This document shows positions 49,584 through 60,093 of a DNA stretch of 64,000 nt, piece after piece; the first letter of the stretch is position 1; each line of letters starts with the position of its first letter. The DNA comes from Nitrososphaeraceae archaeon (GTDB taxonomy: Archaea; Thermoproteota; Nitrososphaeria; Nitrososphaerales; Nitrososphaeraceae). The DNA is taken from the NCBI GenBank assembly GCA_035297365.1, contig DATGZA010000075.1, positions 32,001 through 96,000 on the forward strand, written 5' to 3'. Under the pieces are notes generated by a model. The model had not been told where the DNA came from. It ran no database searches and saw only the letters and a list, made by a program, of their open reading frames with translations. A program made the translations under genes and the position numbers.

Positions 49584-50213
49584 ATGTTAAAAAGTGGAAG
49601 TGGACAAGACAGGATAGAAAATATCAATAATTACAAGCTGATATGTACTGATTTTATCAAGGACCTATCTATAGATTACATTGGATGGATAGAAAGATAT
49701 GATCTCGAAGAAAAAGAAAATAAAAAGAGAAAAGAAGCAATCAAGGAGATAGTAGAAAAATCGAATAATTGGATTTATTCGTTCGGAAATTCAATAAAGA
49801 AAATAGATATAATAATGAATGATGGCATAAATAAGATGGCTGAAACTACAGCAGGATACCCATTTAAATTTGACATATATATTAAAAATATGTTTAGGTA
49901 TACTTATCACGAGATCGGAAAAATAAATATAAATTTAAAAGCAATCCCCAGGCCAGAAAATCAAATAAGATTGGGAAAATATGATGACATAAATTCACTA
50001 CTAATTAATTCATCATCAACCGTTAATTACACAATAAGTAAAAATAGTTTTGAATTAGTCGATGTGTTAGATGATTTTATTGTTATTGATGCAACCAAAT
50101 GTTCTGATAAGGATGTCATATCATTCACCACAATAGTAGAGGAATGTAAAAATGATTTTGTATCCGAAAAGAGAGGATATTCAACCATCATTTCTGTAAA
50201 CCAAAATTCATGA
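49584..50213 (+). CDS. hypothetical protein
   Basis: 209-aa ORF upstream of tRNA-Gly. Confidence 0.72.
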   Translation: MLKSGSGQDRIENINNYKLICTDFIKDLSIDYIGWIERYDLEEKENKKRKEAIKEIVEKSNNWIYSFGNSIKKIDIIMNDGINKMAETTAGYPFKFDIYIKNMFRYTYHEIGKININLKAIPRPENQIRLGKYDDINSLLINSSSTVNYTISKNSFELVDVLDDFIVIDATKCSDKDVISFTTIVEECKNDFVSEKRGYSTIISVNQNS

Positions 50214-50253
50214 AAAGATACTTTAAATAACGAAGAGTTCAGATTTCGTATGT

Positions 50254-50328
50254 GCGACGGTCGTCCAGTTTGGTCTAGGACATCAGATTGCCAATCTGGT
50301 AACCCGGGTTCAAATCCCGGTCGTCGCA
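50254..50328 (+). tRNA. tRNA-Gly(GCC)
   Basis: GCGACGG/TCGTCGC acceptor, TCAGA-TTGCCAA-TCTGG anticodon arm, TTCAAAT T-loop. Confidence 0.96.
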
Positions 50329-50359
50329 TATTTTTAGATCAAATTTAATAAGGTACTAT

Positions 50360-50581
50360 TTAATCAAATCCAGTTCCACATGCACATAGACCATTCTCGT
50401 CAACACCTCCATCACATATTGGACACACCGCAATGTATTTGGATTCCCAAACTGATTTTCCAAATAAATGAAAATGCGTGTCGATATCCTTTGGAATTTC
50501 AAAATCCTCTAATTTATAAGATATTTCATTATCAGAAGATTTAGACTTTACATTTTTTTTATGTCTCTTATTTGGATACAA
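50360..50581 (-). CDS. small zinc-ribbon protein
   Basis: CPIC...LCACG. Confidence 0.72.
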   Translation of the reverse strand: MYPNKRHKKNVKSKSSDNEISYKLEDFEIPKDIDTHFHLFGKSVWESKYIAVCPICDGGVDENGLCACGTGFD

Positions 50582-50586
50582 CTGAT

Positions 50587-51042
50587 TTATTCACTTTTTT
50601 TATAGTACGATCTTTTAATATTATTCCTAATAATATTAATGGCATTTTCTATCTTATCTCTATTTGGAAGCTGAATCATAAACAAATTAGAAGAGTATTT
50701 AGTAGAATATTCCTTCGGGATAATGGCTAATAGACCGTTTCGGTACAGACTATCGAAAAATTCTAATGATGTATTGGCATGCATCAAAAAATTTTCCTCA
50801 ATGCCCAAATTAATCATTTCTAATTGTATATCTACAAAAACATAATAACCATCATAAAAAATATTTAGCAGAACTTCAACAATATATTTTTTTCCGAAAG
50901 ATTTTTGGATAATATTTTCATAAGCGTTTTCATTTAAGTAAATGCAAGGTACTTTATTACCTTCATAATCAATCACCCCAAAACCTTCTTTATGCAAATT
51001 TGTCAAGAAATCATTTACATCGTTAAATTTCCGAAATCTCAC
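50587..51042 (-). CDS. hypothetical protein
   Basis: 151-aa ORF in a co-oriented cluster. Confidence 0.75.
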   Translation of the reverse strand: MRFRKFNDVNDFLTNLHKEGFGVIDYEGNKVPCIYLNENAYENIIQKSFGKKYIVEVLLNIFYDGYYVFVDIQLEMINLGIEENFLMHANTSLEFFDSLYRNGLLAIIPKEYSTKYSSNLFMIQLPNRDKIENAINIIRNNIKRSYYKKSE

Positions 51043-51103
51043 AATAAAAAATTCAAGAGAATCACTTTTATTTCTTTTTCTTTTTGGATAACGTAGGATT
51101 AGA

Positions 51104-52723
51104 TTAGTTTAGATTGATTGATTTAGCTAATAAAATAGCTCTCTTAGTATCTTCATTTGTACTAATATTAGCTTTTAATTTATAAGCATAATACAACAAG
51201 TCGATTATTTTGTTACGATCCAAAGTTATTTTATGTGTTTCAGAAACGGCTATATTAGAACCAGAGAACACACTGCTTCCATCAGAAGCGAATTCTGCAA
51301 TATTGTTAAGAGATAAATTTTGTTTAAATAAAAGGGCACCAGAATTACCTGAAATAGAAATTGCTGATGTTTCATTCAGCTCATTGCCGAAAATTTCAAT
51401 ATCGTCATGCGAAAAATAATAATTTTCATAGTGAGGATCGATTTGTTTAATTGATTCTAAAAGAGTTTTAATAGAAGTTATAATTTCCTGCTTTAAATCA
51501 ACTACAGAGATCATATGATTTTTAATTTTAATGAATTCTGAAATAGAAATATTCATTATACTGCCTTTTATCTTCAGACCAGGATAAGTACTCTTTAGAG
51601 CTTCATCTATTGAATCTTCAGTAACTGATTGCAGATTTTTATGACGAGCTATTTCAAAAGAATTGTACATTATATTCAAAATTGAACGAATATTTCTAAA
51701 ATCAAAATCATCGTATAATATCTTCAATTTAGACAATAAATCTTTTATGTCGGCTTGCGATAAACCGGAGTATTGATTATAATACCTTATATATTCAAGA
51801 ACAATGTCTGAAATTTCTTCAAAGGAATTTGATCCCGCTAAATCAATTTTATAATTAGCCTTTTCTAGTCTATCAAAAACAGAACTATCCTTCATCCCAA
51901 TTCCGTTATATGCGAAGGGAGTGGAAATTAACATGAGAATTGTATATGGGAGGTGTGTGTTTATCAAAGCTTTTACGAAAGATAATGTATCACTAGTTGC
52001 GTCGAATTCATCAAACTGGAATATAGAAATCTTGTTTAGTAGTTTTAGATTAAGGCGAGACAGTAACGATAACCTATTTATCATATCAAGTAATGTAATA
52101 GAGTCATAAGAATCGAATTTATTTTGTATTATTTTCTTGATTATCACTAAATCCGATGACGAGAATTCGCCTTCGAATAAAGAATCGATTTTATCAATAT
52201 TGAGATCTGTCTTATTTGCTATAATTTGAAGAACTTTATTTTCCAAACCTTTACCAGATAAAGACTCCAAAAAGCCAAGTTTAAAAATTTTTTTTGCAAG
52301 TTTATTATTACTTTTGCTTTTATCTAGTATATAAAATAGTATTTCTTTCCTTAGCATTCCCAGATAATCATTGTCAAAACCATGGATCATTGATTGATAA
52401 ATACTCGGAATATTTTTAGGATAAATTTGAGATAAATCAAGATAAGAAAAAATAGCTTTCTCTTTCAGATCCGATATTTTTACGTGGAGAGTTAAATGTG
52501 TCTTCCCAGATCCTACATCTTGAACTATCGTAACTATTCGAAACTTATTATTATCATTATTGATTCTATCTATATTATAAATATCTTCAAGGCAGGAAAT
52601 AATAGAATTTTTTGCATCATTATGTCTTTTACCTCCCAAAATCCTAGAGTCATCTATACTAGGAGTAGGACTGCTAGGAAAAGGATTATGACGTAGACGA
52701 TATGGATACAATTTTATAAACAC
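51104..52723 (-). CDS. uncharacterised P-loop (AAA+-like) ATPase
   Basis: NPF motif, Walker A QDVGSGKTH, Walker B IFQFDEFD, sensor-like LISTP, FDRL arginine-finger-like motif, RNIRSIL sensor-2-like helix. Confidence 0.8.
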   Translation of the reverse strand: MFIKLYPYRLRHNPFPSSPTPSIDDSRILGGKRHNDAKNSIISCLEDIYNIDRINNDNNKFRIVTIVQDVGSGKTHLTLHVKISDLKEKAIFSYLDLSQIYPKNIPSIYQSMIHGFDNDYLGMLRKEILFYILDKSKSNNKLAKKIFKLGFLESLSGKGLENKVLQIIANKTDLNIDKIDSLFEGEFSSSDLVIIKKIIQNKFDSYDSITLLDMINRLSLLSRLNLKLLNKISIFQFDEFDATSDTLSFVKALINTHLPYTILMLISTPFAYNGIGMKDSSVFDRLEKANYKIDLAGSNSFEEISDIVLEYIRYYNQYSGLSQADIKDLLSKLKILYDDFDFRNIRSILNIMYNSFEIARHKNLQSVTEDSIDEALKSTYPGLKIKGSIMNISISEFIKIKNHMISVVDLKQEIITSIKTLLESIKQIDPHYENYYFSHDDIEIFGNELNETSAISISGNSGALLFKQNLSLNNIAEFASDGSSVFSGSNIAVSETHKITLDRNKIIDLLYYAYKLKANISTNEDTKRAILLAKSINLN

Positions 52724-53364
52724 CTTACAAAGCCATGCAATAATCCACGAATAATTATTCCCTCTTCCCCGCCAGAAGACAACTCGTAATTATTTTTGAA
52801 TTGATCTATCAATTCTTTTGTATAATAGTAAAATTGTTTCTCCGTTAGTTCGTGTTTTAGACAAAGATCATTTCGAACTATAGATAATGCCACCCATCCA
52901 ATTGAACCAGCATTTTTTGAAATCGATAAATCGAAATCAAGTTTAAAAGTATTTAAATCAATTGTTTTTTCTGGTTTTGAATCCGACTCCTCATATCGTT
53001 GGTTACTGTTCGTTAATAAAGAATCCATTAGTAAAATGAGTCGACCGTCCAGTTTTTCAACATGTTTATTGACTGAGGAAGACAGTCCATGAAATGAATC
53101 TTGTAAATCTTTCAAAAGCTCGTAAATATATTTAAATTTAGCGTCGGAATTAATAAGATATTGAAAATAGTTATCTTTATGCCAATAGTAATATGTATTG
53201 GCTTTTTTGCCAATAATTACTTCTCCAGTTTTAAGCCATTCTTCAATTTTTTTATCAAAGTCTGTACCCGGAAATTCTTTTTTTAAGGCAATCCTCTTTA
53301 CCCCTTCTTCACCTGAAGAAAAAATTTTGTCAAATATTTTTTCCTCTAAAGACATGGAATACAT
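52714..53364 (-). CDS. putative DNA-binding protein (wHTH - coiled coil - wHTH-like)
   Basis: Overlaps the ATPase start by 10 nt; wHTH-like N-terminus, heptad-like middle; start moved to MYSMSLEE. Confidence 0.65.
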   Translation of the reverse strand: MYSMSLEEKIFDKIFSSGEEGVKRIALKKEFPGTDFDKKIEEWLKTGEVIIGKKANTYYYWHKDNYFQYLINSDAKFKYIYELLKDLQDSFHGLSSSVNKHVEKLDGRLILLMDSLLTNSNQRYEESDSKPEKTIDLNTFKLDFDLSISKNAGSIGWVALSIVRNDLCLKHELTEKQFYYYTKELIDQFKNNYELSSGGEEGIIIRGLLHGFVRCL

Positions 53365-53560
53365 TTTTAATTTTCTTATAAAAGATACTGGGTGATAATA
53401 GATAAAATAATTAGTGAATTTAATTTTACTATCAACTACCTTGGATTTATTCTCAAATTGCAACAAAATAGTCTTTGTAAAATTTTACTCTATTTTCCCA
53501 ATAAAATAATTAACAATTATTAATAATACAGATCAAATTTGAAATAAAATCCATTATTTA

Positions 53561-53623
53561 TTAACGGGATGATGAAAACTTTGCTGATCGATGATGAAAG
53601 CACTAGGGTATCTGACCGGTTAA
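53561..53623 (+). ncRNA. C/D box guide sRNA
   Basis: C box ATGATGA 53569-75, D' CTGA 53584-87, C' ATGATGA 53591-97, D CTGA 53612-15, terminal stem TTAACGG/CCGGTTAA. Confidence 0.85.
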
Positions 53624-53971
53624 GCTTTTATAGATTTAATAAAAACTTTTAGACATTTTACAGCTCATTAAGAATTAGTATAGTCGAAAACCAGAGATTA
53701 TTCAATATTCTTATCGTGGTTTTGCTTCAACATAAATATGATTTTTTATACTCGTGTGTTGATTTAAAATAGATCTCATGTTGAGAATATCCACTTTCTA
53801 TGCAACTAAATTTATGGAATTCTATACCTTGTTGCCTAAATCGTTGTTCCTAACCCATTTAGCTAACCTATCTTAGTCATAATATGTGAACAGGAGAAAT
53901 TATGAGTAGTCTCTAGTAAAAAGAGATAAGACATTACTTGATATTAACGTTATTCATATAAAATAAATAGA

Positions 53972-54334
53972 ATGAAGAATGATTTAACAAACAATGAAGA
54001 CGGATGTATTTCTTTTGAAGAATTTTTAAAAATCGATTTAAGAGTAGGAAAAATAAAAAAAGTAGAAACTATCCCTAGTATGAACAAAATATACAAAGCC
54101 GAAATTGACATTGGAACAGAGAATAGAGAAGTAGTAATTGGAGTAGCACAGTATTATAAGCCAGAACAATTAGAAGGGAAATTTGTTGTTGTGTGTACTA
54201 ACCTTAGTCCAAAAAAGATTGGACAGATATTTTCTAGAGGAATGGTATTAGCTGCAGAATGTGATAAAGAAAAGCCAGTTCTTATTACAATTGATAGTAT
54301 AGAGAATTGTAGTCTAGGATCAAAAATTCATTAA
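53972..54334 (+). CDS. tRNA-binding OB-fold protein (Trbp111/MetRS C-terminal-like)
   Basis: ISFEEFLKIDLRVGKI, NLSPKK, SRGMVLAA. Confidence 0.9.
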   Translation: MKNDLTNNEDGCISFEEFLKIDLRVGKIKKVETIPSMNKIYKAEIDIGTENREVVIGVAQYYKPEQLEGKFVVVCTNLSPKKIGQIFSRGMVLAAECDKEKPVLITIDSIENCSLGSKIH

Positions 54335-54339
54335 TCATA

Positions 54340-55056
54340 TTAAACATTATTATTATGATTATTTGTTTCCTTTTTATTATACACATCTTCCATTAGTTCT
54401 TCATATTCCTTATCGAGATCCTTAGTATCTATTCTTATTTTCTCTAGTTTGGAAAAAGCATTAATAATACTCTTAGCTGCCAAAGGTTGTTTAATATCTG
54501 TTTTTGAAATTTCTCCAAACAATCCTATCGCATCTATTCCTCTTTGCCAAGCTAATCCCAAAATCAAACCATTAAACCACGTAATATTACCAATTTCGTT
54601 TCCAACCAATTCTATTCCCGAATTAAACAACCGAGGCTTTAGTTCAGGATTATTTGTCACTCCACAAACTTTGGGAGCACCTGTCACTTGTTGTTTTAAG
54701 TAACCGCCTGCAGAATATAGACATTTAATTTTCCCAATAGATAATATGTAATCTAAAAAAATATTACATAAGCTGTAAAGTTCATTTGAATCTTGTGGCT
54801 GGGAATTACCAGTAAAAATTATTATATTATATTTTTCTGAAAAATATATTTTATAAAAATCAAGTATGGGCTTGACAATACCATTAGAATGAGATACCCA
54901 TGGTTTTTCAATAGATTCAATGTTTGCAATATTTTTTGTATCTAATTTTTTGGATAAAAAAGAAGATACAATTCCTCCAACTTTACCCATATCAGGTAAA
55001 GATGATATAACCATAAAATCATTAATATGAATATGTTCCAAAATTTCAAGTTTCAT
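54340..55056 (-). CDS. PAC2 family proteasome assembly chaperone
   Basis: SLPDMGKVG, GNSQP, YSAGG, FNGLILG, LFGE, PLAAK. Confidence 0.85.
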   Translation of the reverse strand: MKLEILEHIHINDFMVISSLPDMGKVGGIVSSFLSKKLDTKNIANIESIEKPWVSHSNGIVKPILDFYKIYFSEKYNIIIFTGNSQPQDSNELYSLCNIFLDYILSIGKIKCLYSAGGYLKQQVTGAPKVCGVTNNPELKPRLFNSGIELVGNEIGNITWFNGLILGLAWQRGIDAIGLFGEISKTDIKQPLAAKSIINAFSKLEKIRIDTKDLDKEYEELMEDVYNKKETNNHNNNV

Positions 55057-55059
55057 ATC

Positions 55060-55938
55060 TTATTTCATTCCATTTAATTTCTTGACCAATGTATAGATAG
55101 CGGTATAATCAAGATTTTCTAATCCCATTTTTGAGGCATAATTAAATAAATGTAAAACTGAATTTGTTATCGGCAAGGCGATATCGTTATCCCCTGCCAT
55201 GTCCATAACTAAACTTAGATCCTTTTTCATATGCTTGAGGTAAAAAGATGGATTATAATCACCCTTTATCATTCTAGGCCCCTTATTCTCACTCATACCC
55301 GTTTTAAAATAAGTAGAATTCAAAATTCTGAGATACAAACTCGGGTCTAGGCCAAAACTCTCTGATAAAATCAAACCTTCTGAAAGCGCTACAGCAATTA
55401 TTCCTATATTAAGATTTAACGCTAGTTTTATGGCATTAGCAGACCCTGGTTTATCGCCGACATAATAAATAGGATTACCTAGCTTAGAGATTACTGAACT
55501 AATTTTTTCATATACAAACTTTTCTCCTGAAACAATTGGAATAAGTTTTCCTTCTAGAGCTGCAGCAGGCCCTCCCATTACTGGAGTGTTTAGGTAAGCA
55601 ATTCCATTTTCCTTGAATTTATTATTAGAAATTTCCGATTCTTTTGGTGTAATGGTACTGAAATCTAGAACTATCAAGTTTTTATTATTAGAATTAATTA
55701 AACTGTTCTCCTTAAAGCAAAGATCATTAATTGCTGCATAATTAGTCACGCAAATTGCAACAATTGTAGACTGATCGCCTATTTTTTTTGGAGAATCTAA
55801 TACCGTTGCTCCACTTCCAGCTAGCGCTGATGATTTGGAGGATGTTCTATTATATACATTAACTTTAAAATTACAATTTAACAATCTCAAACCAATATTA
55901 TAACCCAATAATCCAAGTCCCATAATACCGATTTGCAT
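55060..55938 (-). CDS. NAD(P)-dependent beta-hydroxyacid dehydrogenase (3-hydroxyisobutyrate DH family)
   Basis: GIMGLGLLG, YNRT, PVMGGP, catalytic K in AIKLALN, KDL. Confidence 0.9.
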   Translation of the reverse strand: MQIGIMGLGLLGYNIGLRLLNCNFKVNVYNRTSSKSSALAGSGATVLDSPKKIGDQSTIVAICVTNYAAINDLCFKENSLINSNNKNLIVLDFSTITPKESEISNNKFKENGIAYLNTPVMGGPAAALEGKLIPIVSGEKFVYEKISSVISKLGNPIYYVGDKPGSANAIKLALNLNIGIIAVALSEGLILSESFGLDPSLYLRILNSTYFKTGMSENKGPRMIKGDYNPSFYLKHMKKDLSLVMDMAGDNDIALPITNSVLHLFNYASKMGLENLDYTAIYTLVKKLNGMK

Positions 55939-55998
55939 AAAAAAACAATAAAAGATTCCATAAAAATATTTTTTTATTTTTAAAATAATAATGACCTA

Positions 55999-56310
55999 TT
56001 ATACCAACAAGAAAACGGATCCATTAGAAATCTTTGTTTGGTAAATCCCTAAAGGTATCTCCGCAGGTAGATTTTCGGGTTTTCCAGTTTCTAATTTGAA
56101 CGCTGACATATGGAGTGGACATGTAACCGTTTTTTCTTGTTCATTTAGAATGCCTAAAGAAAGATCTGCATCAGCATGGGTACAAATTCTATCACTTGCA
56201 TAAATTTGATTTCCTATTTTTACCAACAAGATTTTTTTTTCTTCGTAATTAAACTCTATAATCTCTCCAGATGAAAGAGATTTTAAATCACATGCTTTAA
56301 TCCAAGGCAT
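55999..56310 (-). CDS. Rieske-type [2Fe-2S] ferredoxin
   Basis: CTH...CPLH ligands. Confidence 0.92.
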   Translation of the reverse strand: MPWIKACDLKSLSSGEIIEFNYEEKKILLVKIGNQIYASDRICTHADADLSLGILNEQEKTVTCPLHMSAFKLETGKPENLPAEIPLGIYQTKISNGSVFLLV

Positions 56311-56346
56311 AAAACAAACACCGAATAATGGTTAAATAAGGAAAAG

Positions 56347-57753
56347 CTATCGATACTTGTAATGTTTTTCAAATATATCCTCTGTTTCTCTATACCTAGT
56401 TTTCTCAACTTCAAGAATTTGTTCCATAGCTTCGTCTGTTCTTAAAATCAATGGTTTTCCTAACCATTTATTTTCGATAAGATAATTGATCCAAGCTCGA
56501 ATAGTAGGACCCATTCTTCTTGAAATAGGTTCTAAAAATCCCCCAACTATTTCCCTCTTTGCCGATTCTTCAGATAAACCACGACTCATTAGATAGAAAA
56601 TTTGTTTTTCATCAATTTGAGATACTGATGCTGAATGAGTCGCCTTAACTTCATTTGATTCTATCTCCAATCCGGGAATAGCATCGGATTTTGCGCCTTT
56701 ATCTAATAAAATAGCATGCCCTGCAAGATAAGATTCTGTCGATTTTGCATTCTTGTTGATCTTTATCATTCCCTTAAATAAGGATTGAGAAGTATCTTTC
56801 ATTACAGATTTAACTAGGACTCTGCCCTTAGTATTTGGCGCAGAATGTATCAAGTTGGAAGAAATATCAAATGATTGGTTGTCTATTCCGAATATGATCT
56901 CCACATCCCCCACTGATGCACCTTGACCTTGCATTATGCTATCTATTTTATATCTTGAAAGTTGTGATCCAAATAGACCTATCGACCAAGACATATTAGC
57001 ATCTTGTTCAACAAACGATTTTCTATTTGAAAAATTAACTGCCTGGTAATCTAACGATTGTAGAGTTACCATTTCTAGTTGCGAATTGTTCATGAGATGA
57101 GCGTCCATTAATTCAAAATATACTTGCTGAATCTCCTTATTTTTTATGTTTGCAGAATACAGCTCTTGAACTACAGTAGCTTTTGAATTTGATTCGCTAA
57201 TGATAATATTTCTGGAAATAGAAGAAGATCCCCTTTCGGAAAGATAGTTAATTATTCTTATAGGCTCATCTATTACCATATTTTTTGGTACATATATAAA
57301 AAAGCCATGTTTAAAAGCGGCGGAACAGAGAGCCAAAAATCTATCTTCTTTAAAGTCAAGTTTATTTTTTGTTAGGTGTTTTTGTATTATATCAGAATAT
57401 TCATTTAGTGCCTCAGATATTTTAGAAATAACAAGACCTCTTTTCTTTAAATCATCATTCAAAAAAGTGTTTACAATGCCGCCATTCTTGCATACAATAC
57501 CATTCCCTTTACTTAATTCTGCGATTCTATCCGAGAATATACTTACATCTTGATTCTCTTTCGTTTCATCAAAAAAAATCTTATCCGGTAGTAGCCGATT
57601 TGCATTTGAATATTTTGTATATAATTGCGAGACCTCAAATGGAAGCTTTTCATAGTTTAGAGATGCATCTTTCCTGAATTCACGCATCCATTGTGGTTCA
57701 GAATCATCAAAAATATTGTCAAAATTATCTCCTATAGACGATAATGTGTACAT
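56347..57753 (-). CDS. sufD: Fe-S cluster assembly protein SufD
   Basis: SufBD beta-helix, IPGLEIESNEVKATHSAS, FYLMSRG; follows sufB. Confidence 0.9.
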   Translation of the reverse strand: MYTLSSIGDNFDNIFDDSEPQWMREFRKDASLNYEKLPFEVSQLYTKYSNANRLLPDKIFFDETKENQDVSIFSDRIAELSKGNGIVCKNGGIVNTFLNDDLKKRGLVISKISEALNEYSDIIQKHLTKNKLDFKEDRFLALCSAAFKHGFFIYVPKNMVIDEPIRIINYLSERGSSSISRNIIISESNSKATVVQELYSANIKNKEIQQVYFELMDAHLMNNSQLEMVTLQSLDYQAVNFSNRKSFVEQDANMSWSIGLFGSQLSRYKIDSIMQGQGASVGDVEIIFGIDNQSFDISSNLIHSAPNTKGRVLVKSVMKDTSQSLFKGMIKINKNAKSTESYLAGHAILLDKGAKSDAIPGLEIESNEVKATHSASVSQIDEKQIFYLMSRGLSEESAKREIVGGFLEPISRRMGPTIRAWINYLIENKWLGKPLILRTDEAMEQILEVEKTRYRETEDIFEKHYKYR

Positions 57754-57789
57754 TTTAATTACCTGTTATTTGAAATAATAGGTGTTTGG

Positions 57790-59190
57790 TTAACCCACAG
57801 ATCCTTCCATTTCTAATTTGACTAATCTATTGAGCTCGACAGCATATTCCATTGGTAATTCTTTGGTAAATGGTTCTATAAACCCTCCAACAATAAGAGA
57901 TAATGCATCTGATTCTGAAAATCCCCTACTCATTAAATAAAAGATTTGGTCTTCACCTATCTTTCCAACAGTAGCTTCATGTGAAATAGTCGCATCATCT
58001 TCATTCACTTCAACATAGGGATATGTATCCGTTCTTGAATTTTCGTCCAGTAAAAGTGCATCGCATCTTACATTTGATTTTACTCCCGTTGCACCTTTAG
58101 CAACGTGCAATAAGCCTCTATAAGTTGTTCTTCCTGATTGTTTACTGACAGACTTACTGGTAATTCTAGATGTTGTATCTGATGCAAGATGTACAGCTTT
58201 GGCTCCTGCATCTTGATGCTGATCCGATCCTGCAAAAGCAATTGATACAACTTCAGCGTGAGCATTTTTTCCCAACAAGTACACACCAGGATACTTCATA
58301 GTCAATTTACTTCCAATATTTCCATCAATCCATTCGACTTTTGCATTTTCATAAGCATATGCTCTTTTGGTTACTAGATTATAGACGTCTTTACTCCAAT
58401 TTTGGATAGTAGTATATCTTATTTTAGCACCCTTCTTCGCAATTAACTCAACTACAGCTGAATGTAATGATTCAGTAGTATATACAGGAGCAGTACATCC
58501 TTCTATATAATGAACTTCAGAGCCCTCATCAGCAATTATCAAGGTTCGTTCAAACTGTCCGATATTTTCTGCATTTATTCTAAAATATGCTTGTAATGGT
58601 AAATCAACTTTTACATTTGGTGGAACATAAATAAATGAACCCCCAGACCAAACTGCACTATTTAATGCAGCGAATTTATTATCTTCTGGAGGAATTATTT
58701 TACCGAAATATTTGCGAAATATATCAGGATGTTCCTTCACTGCTGTATCAGTATCTAGAAATATTACTCCTTGTTTAGCTAAATCTTCATGTAAGTGGTG
58801 ATATACTACCTCGGATTCATATTGAGCACCAACACCAGCAAGAAATTTTTTCTCGGCTTCAGGGATTCCGAGCTTATCAAAAGTGTTTCTAACAGATTCC
58901 GGAACATCGTCCCAGCTTTTACTTTGCTTTTCAGAAGCTTTAGCATAATAATAAATATTTTGAAAATTGATTTTTGAGAGGTCGCCGCCCCAAGTAGGCA
59001 TCGGTTTTTTCATAAAAATGTCATAAGATCTTAATCGAAAATCAAGCATCCAGGCAGGTTCATTTTTAATTTTACTTATTTCCTCTATCGTACCACGGGA
59101 GAGTCCTTTTTTACTTAAATAAACGTATAAATCAGTAGAGTCCTTAAAATCGTATTTACTATAATCCATATTGATTTCCTCGACAGTCAT
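57790..59190 (-). CDS. sufB: Fe-S cluster assembly protein SufB
   Basis: [38 protein letters not shown]. Confidence 0.96.
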   Translation of the reverse strand: MTVEEINMDYSKYDFKDSTDLYVYLSKKGLSRGTIEEISKIKNEPAWMLDFRLRSYDIFMKKPMPTWGGDLSKINFQNIYYYAKASEKQSKSWDDVPESVRNTFDKLGIPEAEKKFLAGVGAQYESEVVYHHLHEDLAKQGVIFLDTDTAVKEHPDIFRKYFGKIIPPEDNKFAALNSAVWSGGSFIYVPPNVKVDLPLQAYFRINAENIGQFERTLIIADEGSEVHYIEGCTAPVYTTESLHSAVVELIAKKGAKIRYTTIQNWSKDVYNLVTKRAYAYENAKVEWIDGNIGSKLTMKYPGVYLLGKNAHAEVVSIAFAGSDQHQDAGAKAVHLASDTTSRITSKSVSKQSGRTTYRGLLHVAKGATGVKSNVRCDALLLDENSRTDTYPYVEVNEDDATISHEATVGKIGEDQIFYLMSRGFSESDALSLIVGGFIEPFTKELPMEYAVELNRLVKLEMEGSVG

Positions 59191-59295
59191 TATAAATTAA
59201 TAACGGCGTTATACTATATATAAATTTTGCAACACAATAAACAAGATAAAATATAGCATTAAAGTGAAAATTTTTACAATAGCACCTAAAAAAAA

Positions 59296-60078
59296 TTAAA
59301 TTCGAGATTTTAACAAGTCTGCAACATCGTTTAAAGAATGCATATGTGATTCGGTGAAGCGAATGTCATATTTTAGTAATTCTTTACTTGTTTTAGGGCC
59401 TAATGAAATAACCAGATCTATTTTTTTTATATTTTGTAGTAAATCTTCTGAAATCATTTTAATAATCTCAAAAAAAAATCTAACATTAGATGGACTGGTG
59501 AAAATCAAAGAGTCTATCTTATTATATCCTAGCAATTTGGAAAATTCTATCCAGTTATCGTCGATACCAGATGGTCTCACATCATACAAATAAAATTCGT
59601 GAACTTGATATCCTAGTCTCGTAAGATTTTCTCGTAAATAGTCATCGGCTAATCTACTTCTAGGAATAACAATTTTTCTTGCCTTCTGAGTTATTGGAAA
59701 TATTTTTAATATCTCTTCTGAGGATGATTTTGATGGAACGTATCCAACGTTTATACCATTTTTTATCAGACTATCACTAGTTGAATTACCTATCGCTACA
59801 ACTGTAACTTTTTCTTTAAGAATCCTGACAATATCATCATATCTGTTTATTTTCTTGGCAAATTCAAAAAATAATTGTACAGCATTGACACTCAAAAAAA
59901 CAAAATAATCATTTTCATTAAAAGAGAATCGAAATATCTCATTTATAATATTAGCATCGTTAGGTATTATTTCACTAGTTTTCAGTCTAACTAAGCGAAG
60001 AGAGTCATTATTTAGTAAATATGAAAACTCATTTGATAAATTTCTGGAATGAGTTATTGCAATAATTTTATATTTCAT
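59296..60078 (-). CDS. hemD: uroporphyrinogen-III synthase
   Basis: FLSVNAV, AIG, IFTSPSNV, SLGPKT; hem operon context. Confidence 0.88.
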   Translation of the reverse strand: MKYKIIAITHSRNLSNEFSYLLNNDSLRLVRLKTSEIIPNDANIINEIFRFSFNENDYFVFLSVNAVQLFFEFAKKINRYDDIVRILKEKVTVVAIGNSTSDSLIKNGINVGYVPSKSSSEEILKIFPITQKARKIVIPRSRLADDYLRENLTRLGYQVHEFYLYDVRPSGIDDNWIEFSKLLGYNKIDSLIFTSPSNVRFFFEIIKMISEDLLQNIKKIDLVISLGPKTSKELLKYDIRFTESHMHSLNDVADLLKSRI

Positions 60079-60093
60079 ATTATCTGAAATTTT

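Noticed and set aside
50027-50329. 100-aa minus-strand ORF (and similarly 45798..46139)
   Set aside because: Shadow ORFs running through tRNA-Gly and tRNA-Glu
50254-53466. Integrated island or BREX system at tRNA-Gly
   Set aside because: No duplicated tRNA 3' end, integrase, PglX/PglZ or nuclease seen; composition matches the host
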